NCBI GenBank assembly: GCA_020891255.1
Contig: BQFW01000010.1
Span: 806,001-870,000, forward strand
Length of the DNA: 64,000 bases
From: Entomortierella parvispora E1425
Lineage: Eukaryota; Fungi; Mortierellomycota
Direction: 5' to 3'
Below, one piece after another: positions 55,370 to 64,000 of this stretch. The position numbers were made by a program, and so were the translations under genes. How positions within the stretch are numbered: the first letter of the stretch is position 1; each line of letters starts with the position of its first letter. The notes below the pieces were generated by a model. That model was not told the DNA's origin. It worked only from the letters and a program-made list of their open reading frames with translations, and did not search any database.

Positions 55370-56184
55370 TTAAGCCTCGGCGTTGTAGAAAGCCTCCAAG
55401 TCCTCGACATCTTCCTTGGAACCCAAGAAGATGGGAGAGCGAGAGTGAATTGACTCGGGCTGAACGTCCAACATGCGCTTCTTGCCCGTTGTGGCACGTC
55501 CTCCGGCCTGCTCGACCAAGAAAGCCATGGGGAAGCACTCGTAGAGGATACGCAACTTTCCGTTCTTGGACTTTGAATCGGCGGGGTAGCAGAAGATACC
55601 TCCGTAAAGCATCGTCCGGTGAACATCGGCCACCATGGAACCAACATAACGGGCACTGTAGGGGGACTTTTTGGGATCCTCGGGAAACTTGAGGGAGTGG
55701 AAGTACTTTGTACAGGCGTTGTCCCAGTACTTGGAGTTGCCCTCATTCACAGCGTAGATCTTTCCGCGAGGAGGAATCTGAATCTATTGTCAAATTGGGT
55801 GGAGCTGCATTAGTTTTGTGGGGTTCTTTGGTTGTATCGCTCTTCCGTTTTCCTAGTCTGACAATATATTGACGTACATCAGGATGGGTGAGGATGAACT
55901 CGCCAATTTCGGTGTCGAGGGTGTATCCGTTGACGCCCTGGCCGGTGGTGAGGACCAAGGTCGAGCATGATCCGTATGTGCAGTATCCAGCAGCAACCAT
56001 TTCAGAACCGGGGCGGAGGACATCCGAGATCTGTCCGGTCGAACCCTCCTTCTACAAACACATTGAGTTGAGAGCAATAAGGAAATAGTTAGTTTTGATT
56101 TCTTTTTTTCGTTTCCGTTCCTTCTGTTTGCGCGAGGTGAAGGAATGACACAATTCCCCCATCCCCGGTCCTTTGTTCGTGTTG

Positions 56185-56218
<34 letters not shown>

Positions 56219-57315
56219 TTGAGCTGAGTTGTGAAATGGGTCTGTGTCTGGAAATAGCTTCCGGTCTTTGTCCTTGATGACTCCTCCCTTCTCGTTCTTT
56301 CTGCCGGCAAAAAATCGATGCGGGGAAAACGAATCAAAGTCCAAAGTTCCAAGGGGACGACCGGGTGTAGCCAATCAGAGTGCAGTCCCGTGGAATTAAT
56401 CGCTCGCCTTTCTCTTTCAAACCTGCCAGCTTAGACAGCGGTTTTGAAAGCACGAGATGATGCAACCCTTGCCGTCATGTAGTGGGGTTTGAAGAGGAAG
56501 AGGGTCTGCCGTGCAGAATGTGTCTTGCATGTCTGCTTGATCACCTCTTGCTCCGTTGTGTCCACAGTCAACTCGGCGATGCTCGGGGGTGTTGTGTTTC
56601 TGTGAGACACGGCCGATTCGCGTGCCTGACTTTCATTTTTCATGCGCGCAGTCTTCCCCTCTTCCGGCCATGCACTTCTTTTATCCGTGAGAAAAATAAC
56701 AAAGTAGGGGAGACGACTTACCACTTTGTAAATACCAAAGATTGTTCCGATCGAGACACCGCAGTCAATGTTGGAAGATCCGTCGAGGGGATCAAAGACA
56801 ACACAGTACTTGCCTCTGTGCTGGGTCTCGACCATAATGGCCTCCTCGTCCTCCTCCGAGACCATGACGGCGACCTTGTTGGAGGATCGGAGCGCGTTAA
56901 CAAAGATCTCGTTGGCAATGACATCCAGCTTCTTTTGTTCCTCGCCCTGGACATTGGACGAGTTGGCAAGACCAGTCCTATGAGGAAAAAGCAAAGAGAC
57001 AAAAGAAAGGGGCGGCGAGATTAGAATCTGATGGATGGCAGGGAGGCAATCTGAAAAAAGATGAATTGAATGGCAAGACATGAACAAAGCACAGTAGATC
57101 AGAACTGAGCTATGTGAACAAGCAGGTCGTGTCGTGTGTATTTACATGCTGATCAAACTGGCCTTGCGCACGTTGGAGGCGACAAACTTGCATCCGAGCT
57201 GGATGGCGGTGAGGAGGAGGGTGAGGTCACCCGAGGCCTCCTTGTAGTTCTCGACCTGGTCCTGGAAGACGTGGCGGGTGAGGGTGATGAGGTTGGTCTT
57301 GGATGGGTCGGACAT
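55370..57315 (-). CDS. FBP1: Fructose-1,6-bisphosphatase; 4 exons
   Basis: [77 protein letters not shown]. Confidence 0.97.
56187..56217 (+). repeat. T31 homopolymer (A31 in gene sense) in the long FBP1 intron
   Basis: Directly visible run. Confidence 0.9.
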
Positions 57316-57964
57316 TGTGAGCGAGTGAGTGAGAGCGGGTGGTGAGAGGGTTGAAAGGGAAAAGAATGAAGAAAGAAAGAAAGAAAAAGAAAGAGAAAAA
57401 GAAAGGAAAAAGACAAAAAAATAAACTCTCTGCAACCCGCACCCCGCACACGGATACACCAAAAAGGTGAGAAAATGCTCTCCCGAGGCAGATGATGGCT
57501 CTCGATTCTCACACTCTCTTTTCACGCCTTTTCCTCTCTTTCTTCTCCTTCTCTCGCTGTCTCTCGATGTCGGATCGGCTTATCCCCCCTGCTTGCTTTC
57601 TTACCTCCTCGCCCGCCTGGACAAGTGTGGCCAGCAATAAAGTAGGGAGCAAGAAAAAAGTCAAGGAAAAAGAGAACAAGAGCAAAAAAGAAACAGGGAG
57701 GAGACCCTTCCTCATCCCGACCCGAGTCTGTCCGTGTGGACGATCAATCGAATTGTCCCATTTGCATGTGGATATGGACAGTGCGTGCTGGGTCCACCCA
57801 ACGAGCACACGCTCTTGCTCCCCACCCAAAAATACATACATGTACTTTGTCTGACCCTGTAATTTTAGCCTTCGTGATTCTTCCCACGGCTCTTCTCTCC
57901 CCCACCTGTTTCTGTTCCTGTCGTCTGCCCCTTGTGTGTCTGTACTTTATTGGTGGCGCAAACT

Positions 57965-59917
57965 CTAGTACTCGTCTATTCGACTAAGGATCATGGCTAC
58001 ACGCTTCAGCCATGGGGGCTGTCTCTTCTCTGGCAAATCCTGAAGGCACGATATCTTCCTCTGTGCCTGCTCCTGCGATTCTGCCATATCCTGCACTCGC
58101 CGACAGTACAATGAACAAAAGCAAAAGAGACTGCTAATGCGAATGATTTCTGCTTCCTCCGCGTCAGTTGTCAACCCATATTCTGCTCGCCGAAGAAGGA
58201 TCTGCAGGGAAGCCCGAAAGTACTTCACATCCGGCTGATGAGTCCGTAGTCCTTCCAAATGGGAAACGTCCCATCTCTGTCCTTTTCTATCCTTGCGCGA
58301 CTGTTTCTTTCCATTGACCTGATCCTCGTCTTCATCGCCGTCATCGACATCCTCTTGGTCATCGCCGTTCTTCTTTTTCTTGCCTTTATCAACTTTCACA
58401 TTTTTGTGGCGTGTTACTTGGCTCATGTCTTTCAGGTAGGGCATTTCTCGCCTACCGAGTCGCTTATCCACCGTCTCTAGAGGGATAATATCGGTCTCTC
58501 TGACGCTGTATAATGATCTCTCTGCTAGTCGCGGTTTTGTAACGACGATACCATCCACAATATTTCTGATAATCACGCGTTGGTCGAGAGGAAGCTCCAG
58601 ACGTGAGAGCTTCAATAGAGGTTGAATGTACAAATTCCAGTCCGCCGCTGGATCAATATTGACAATCATTTCCAATGTCTTCAGTCTCTCGCGATTCTCC
58701 AACGCCGCCAGTAATCTGTAGAAATAAAAATAAAAAGATCAGCTATATTTATAACATTCATTTTGTCCATGCATGTGCAAATTTGATAGGTAAACGAGCA
58801 AGGAAAGTGATAAAAAAAATGGACTTACTGTAAACACAGTAGACTCTCCTTGTTTCTGTCAAGAAACTTTTTCAAGAACAATCTTGTCTCATGAATTGCC
58901 AATCGTCGAGTCCTGGACATCCTGCTAGCCGACCCTAGCCCTTCAGGTCCAATCTTGCCACACCGTATCCGAACAAGATAGGTCAAAAACATGTCGTTTT
59001 CCGGATTCTGCTTCAACGCACGCTCTAATAGAGCTTGGGCAGTATTGGCATACCGAGATATGCTTCCAGTCAAGATTACTGCATCCTGGTCCACTGGGTC
59101 GCTTTCACCATCAGACCACTCGTCCAGGTCATCACTACGGACACTGTTTAGACGGTGGTTTTCATCTCGCATGTCCACGTCCTGACCGTCCTGGCGGTCC
59201 TGATCACGATCTGTCATTTGCTTTTGACGAAGTGCTTTCTTCCAGAGTGCGTACTCAACCATTCCAGCGTAGCCTTGGATGACTGCATTCTCGTTGTAAG
59301 GCCATATGTTCACATATGGCTCCAGAGTCGTATGTGCATCTTCAAACTTTCCGCATCTCATTTGATAAAGTGCAAGTTCCAGGAGGATGTGCTGCCGCTA
59401 TAAACAAGATAAAAGGATATATCTGTTTCAGTAAAAACTGCCCAATCTTGAGTTCGCTGGTGTCCGCAGGGTAATCGGAGCAGTCGCTGTATCAAAACTT
59501 ACGCATTCTTTCGACTTTGCAAAGATCAGCTGCATGAATCGTACACACTGTGGTTCATAGTCTTTTGAGTTCATAAGCAACTCGCTGCCGATCTAGGTGT
59601 TTTTCAAAGGAAAAGTATGCCACGAAATCGTTAGATTTGGAATCACAGCTTCAGGGCCTTTACAAACTCGAATGGCTTGTACTTACCTTCCAGACCATCT
59701 CCTCATGAATACCCGGTCGATCCACTATGATCCTGTAAATTTTGAAAGCTCTGCCGTAGTCGCGCCGTGATAGGCACCTTCGCAGGAGCTGGGTTGCGAG
59801 CTCGAGGTGTATCGTACGGTTGGATGCTCTGTGATCTATGCGGGTGCTAGAAAACAAGGTATGTAGCCCCTGGTCTTCCTTTGCCCACATGGAGTCTCTT
59901 TTCTTTGGCCGAACCAT
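57965..59917 (-). CDS. RNA polymerase I initiation factor Rrn11/TAF1A-like; multi-exon
   Basis: LLRRCLSRRDYGRAFKIYRII...EEMVWKVG.ELL, LELALYQMRCGKFEDAHTTLEPY...PYNENAVIQGYAGM. Family assigned from recalled motif resemblance only. Confidence 0.6.
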
Positions 59918-60262
59918 GTGATTGTCGAATGAAGGTAGTAATGGCTGGTGTCTATGTTGTTACTAATGCCGTTTAGGATAAACGGCAATAAGGTATATGG
60001 TGAACTCGGTCCTGTTTGTGTCCGCGTCCGTGTCCGTGTCTGCGTCGCCCTTGGTCTTGTCAAAGTGAGTGTGGTCAAAAGAAGCAACCATGCAGACAAT
60101 GTCAACAGTTTGCAATCAGCAGTCACTCAACTCATAGTTTTTTTTGAGACCCAAAAAAGGGAAGCTGAAAAAGCGGGGAAGACACAATCTCTTCTCAGTT
60201 TCCTGGTCAATCCATCCCTTTTCCTCCCGTTTTCCGTCATCCCACAACCAGCATCACCGCAA

Positions 60263-60883
60263 ATGGCTCCCCGCGTCGTTGTCCTCATCTCTGGCACAGG
60301 ATCCAACCTTCAGGCCTTGATCGATGCCATTGCTCAAGGCACTCTCAAGGCCGAGATTCCCCTCGTCATCTCTAACCGCTCAAAGGTCTTTGGACTCGAA
60401 CGTGCTGCCAAGGCCGGGATCCCTACCAAGGTCCATGCCTTGAAGCCCTATACCACTGCTGGAAAGCCCAGGACTGAATATGATGCAGATCTCGCTCAAT
60501 TGATCGTGGAGGCCAAGCCAGATCTTGTTGTCCTCGCGGGATTCATGCATATCCTTTCTCCCGCGTTCCTGGACCAGTTCCCCTCAACTCCTCTGATTAA
60601 CTTGCACCCAGCCTTACCAGGACAGTTTGATGGCGCACGTGCGATCGAGAGAGCCTTTGAGGCTTTCCAGAAGGGCGAAATTAAGCATACGGGAGTGATG
60701 GTCCACCGTGTGATTCAGGCGGTCGATGGAGGGGAGCCCTTGTTGGTGAAGGAGGTCGAGATCAAGCCCGAGGATGATTTGGCAGCATTGCAGGAGAGGA
60801 TACATTCGGTGGAGCATGTGCTCCTTGTGCAAGGAGCAAGCCTTGTTCTCGAGCAGGAAAGCCACAAGAACAAGTCAGCATAA
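60263..60883 (+). CDS. ADE8: Phosphoribosylglycinamide formyltransferase, intronless
   Basis: VVVLISGTGSNLQALI, DLVVLAGFMHIL, INLHPALPGQFDG, TGVMVHRV...DGGEP, ERIHSVEH. Confidence 0.97.
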   Translation: MAPRVVVLISGTGSNLQALIDAIAQGTLKAEIPLVISNRSKVFGLERAAKAGIPTKVHALKPYTTAGKPRTEYDADLAQLIVEAKPDLVVLAGFMHILSPAFLDQFPSTPLINLHPALPGQFDGARAIERAFEAFQKGEIKHTGVMVHRVIQAVDGGEPLLVKEVEIKPEDDLAALQERIHSVEHVLLVQGASLVLEQESHKNKSA

Positions 60884-61246
60884 TTTTATTTTTTTCATAG
60901 TCGCGTATATTCTTCATTCTCACTTCAATATCAACCATCGTGCCCATAACTCACTGCCTGATTTCGCACATGTTTTGACATTTACTTTCCCAAAGAAACA
61001 AGCAGCAAGAAGTACCAGCATCCTCGATCGGCCGCGCGATATCGATATCCGATCCCACAATCCCACGGGATGAATCACCCAAAAATTGAAGAAAAAAAAG
61101 AAGTCATGTGATCATTTCGTTTCCTGCTTTTCCGTTGATCTTTCCAGGGCAGCCAAACCGTCCGCATCTTTGCATTCGCACCCAAATCCACCACCGAGGA
61201 TCATCCCCAAGGAAACATTCAGGACATCAGCAGAGCATCTCCAAGC

Positions 61247-62787
61247 ATGAGTGAACACGAGGATACCGTCATTTCAACCGCATCCGAGCCCAAAGTGGAG
61301 ATTGTCGAGGAGACTTTGCCCGATGGTACGGTCGTGCGCAAAAAAAAGACTACCAGGACCATTACCAAGCGGGTCCTGACCACCAGAGAAGTTGAGCGGA
61401 CCCAGCTACACCAGACCACCAGCAGCACTAGCACCCATAGCAGCAGTCAGGAAAAGGTTGAGCACGTGGAGAAGGAGGGCAGCGCGGAAGTCTCGGCCAC
61501 GACCTCCTCTACGGAGGCCAGCACAACAGTCGACAGCGAAGAACAGACTTCGTCCAGTGCCACTGCTTCAATTACTGCTGCTACCACGTCGTCTTCCACT
61601 GGATCGATGAGCTCTCGCCTTCAGAGACGCTTGGACTTGTCCAACACACCTCTGTACAGATTCTTGGCAAAGTTTCCTTTGAAGCAATATCCTGCTCCTC
61701 ATCAGAGGCCACGCCCCGTCAAACCTGTCCTGTACGCGTTTACCCCAGGATGGAAGGTTGCAAAGAAGGAGAAGGAGGCTGCATCAGAGTCAGAGGCTCC
61801 CTCTGAGAGCGAGACAAAGGAAGCGCTCGCAAAGGAGGAACAACTGGTTGGAAGCTTTGATGTCGACTCTCTCAAGTGGATGGTGAGTTGTCTCTAACTA
61901 TCATAAACATTATCTTCATATTGAGGGAATGAAAAATGAAGTTGCACCTTATACATTCTTTTTAACGCCTATCTCTACTCATCTTTTTTCTTGCGCTCAC
62001 GTATTAGGCCTATCTCAAATTCAACAAAATCGACTTCGATATCAAGCCTGCGACGGAACCCAACATGTCTCCTTCAGGAAAGCTTCCATTTTTGGCTTTG
62101 CCCGACGGCAAACTGATCACCGCGGAAGGCTTTGAGGCCTTTGTCCAGGAGAATGCCGGGTCGGATGTACCTAGATTGGAGTTGGATGAGGCTGCAGAGG
62201 CAGTCGCGTTTACTGCCTTGGCCGAGTCAAAGATTCACGCCGCCCTTGTAAGTATAACTTGTGTGGCGGCGGTTGAAACCTTCAATGGGGGCGATTTGTT
62301 CTTGTTTTTTTTTTTTTTTATCTAATGACTTTTCTTGAATTCCTTATAGCTTTATACCTTGTGGCTCGAGCAGCCTCATTTCCAGGCGACGACGCGCGAC
62401 CACTACTTTGGCCACTACAACAACCGACTCTTGTCTATGCTCTTGGCCTACCAACAAAAGTCAGATGTCGTGAATACGATGCTCCAGACGCGTACCCAGA
62501 TTGATCGCGAGTTGATCTTTGAGGAAGCTGCACAGGCGATTGATTCGCTTTCGGTTCAATTGGCATCTTCGGATGGCGATTACTTTTTCGGACGGAGTGA
62601 ACCCTCTGGATTGGATGCGGTCGTGTTTGCGTACTTGCATGTGATCTTGACCATGCCTCGGATCGCCAACGCAGAGGATGCCGGTCGCTCGAGCGAGTTG
62701 GCCAGGATTGTGAGGAAGCATGAGAATTTGTTCCGGTACTCACAAAAGATCTGGAAGACCTGGTTTGTCGCAGAGGCTACCCACTAA
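61247..62787 (+). CDS. Metaxin/Sam35-like mitochondrial outer-membrane GST-fold protein; 3 exons
   Basis: FLAKFPLKQYP, DVDSLKWM|AYLKF, SPSGKLPFL, EAAQAIDSLSVQL...YFFG..EPSGLDAVVFAYLHVIL. Confidence 0.8.
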
Positions 62788-63058
62788 GGAGAGAAAATGA
62801 GCAGTTTACTCTTTCTTTGTATCCTTGAAGAGGAAAGCAAAGCACAGAACTGAATGCTAGAAGAAAAAAAAAATAGAAAGTGAAGAAGATCTTATAGATC
62901 ATGGACTGTGCTGGACCTTGGTTTTATCCTAGGAAATCGGCTCCACCCATACCATCCTCAGCATGCACATAATAAACAGCATCTTCAATAAACCACTGTG
63001 CAGGCTTTAATGATTGGTATGTTCTAATGTTGATAATGCGTGTTACAAAAATTCTGAT

Positions 63059-63799
63059 TCAGCTCTTGCTCATATCGCCAGGAGCATGTGGCAGTGTCGG
63101 GGCGCTTGGGGCCGTGTATTGAGGTGGAGGGATATCATCCACGGGCGGCTGAGGAGCGAATTCGGATTGTTGTTGCCAATATCTTTCGTTCCCTTCGCTC
63201 TGGCTGTAACCTTGTGCGGTAGGTGGAGGTGCAACGGATGGAGGAAAGTATTGCTGTTGCTGTTGCTGTTGCTGGCTCTGCTGGTTCTGCTGAGGTTGCA
63301 CTTGCAGTTGCTGCTGCTGCATTCGCTTCATTTGTTTCCGCTGAATCTCTTGCGGGGTCGGCTGGGGGACGAAGGCGTTCGCCATAACAAAAAGTCGCCC
63401 AACAATGCCTCTCGGGGCATTGGGGTCTCTCCTGCCACGGAAACCTCCCAACGGGCTTCCGCCCCTGATACTGTTGTTATTGTCATGGCTGCAGGCGTAA
63501 CCATTGTCATCGTACCCATTTCTGCAATTGCAGCCGTATGGAGAGTGACGGCTCTGGCTCTGGTTCTGATCCTGGTTCTGGTTTGAGTTTTGAACTGATT
63601 GAGCAATGGAACCGACTAGGCCACGGATGACACCATGGCGACGTGGGCCTCCGAGTCCTCCAAAGGTGTTGTTGGGCTCTACTTGTTGATACATCACGGG
63701 AGGTGGAGCTGGGGGTGAGAGAGAGGCGTTGTAACCGGCTCCGGTACTGTATGGGGTGCTTCCGTCGCCGTTGCTGTAGTAGTTGTCGTTTCTTTGCAT
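63059..63799 (-). CDS. Hypothetical Gln/Pro/Gly-rich protein with PPxY-like motifs
   Basis: ORF from ATG 63799 (the ORF-track start is TTG). Contains PPPVMY and PPPQY motifs, repeated RG..G.L motifs and polyQ. TATAAATA at about 63962-63969 on the minus strand. Confidence 0.65.
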   Translation of the reverse strand: MQRNDNYYSNGDGSTPYSTGAGYNASLSPPAPPPVMYQQVEPNNTFGGLGGPRRHGVIRGLVGSIAQSVQNSNQNQDQNQSQSRHSPYGCNCRNGYDDNGYACSHDNNNSIRGGSPLGGFRGRRDPNAPRGIVGRLFVMANAFVPQPTPQEIQRKQMKRMQQQQLQVQPQQNQQSQQQQQQQQYFPPSVAPPPTAQGYSQSEGNERYWQQQSEFAPQPPVDDIPPPQYTAPSAPTLPHAPGDMSKS

Positions 63800-64000
63800 A
63801 GTGGCGGTGATGATAAAGGCCAGTGAAGTATGGTATAGGACGGGCAAAGGGACTTTTGAAGTGTAGAGATGGAAGAGAGTAGCTGTAACGTCTGTGGTTG
63901 GATCGAAGGAGAGATGAAAGATGAAAGATGAGGTTGAAGTGAATGAAAAAATATCCTGGCGTATTTATAAAGGTGATCCTCTTTTCGCATTGCTCGTTGC

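Noticed and set aside
1-64000. tRNA, rRNA, CRISPR arrays, transposase/RT genes, telomeric repeats
   Set aside because: None found by manual inspection.

Overview
Gene-dense, intron-rich fungal DNA with short GT-AG introns and CTRAY branch points. The F-box and P-loop GTPase family signatures suggest Mortierellomycotina/Mucoromycota; this taxon is inferred, not searched. Housekeeping genes: SNT2-like, an ankyrin protein, CCT4, OSH6/7-like, CSC1/OSCA-like, mitochondrial-type ArgRS, 1-Cys peroxiredoxin, a PSP1-domain protein, NDUFAF7-like, KHA1, TMA16, VMA12, RSE1/SF3B3, ULA1/NAE1, FBP1, RRN11-like, ADE8 and metaxin/SAM35-like. Accessory features, several invisible in the ORF track, stand out. 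(1) A ~3.7 kb cluster between NAE1 and FBP1 of two-exon small secreted cysteine-rich peptide genes: four related copies in different states of decay plus an unrelated 4-Cys peptide. (2) A box C/D snoRNA in the TMA16 intron with a 13-nt guide to LSU rRNA. (3) A plant-style LRR receptor-like protein built from ~72/144-nt exons. (4) A decayed AIG1/GIMAP-like GTPase beside a large F-box gene whose upstream region holds clustered perfect palindromes. (5) A recurrent ATCACGTGA promoter element. All splice models and alignments were done by hand; no database searches were run.
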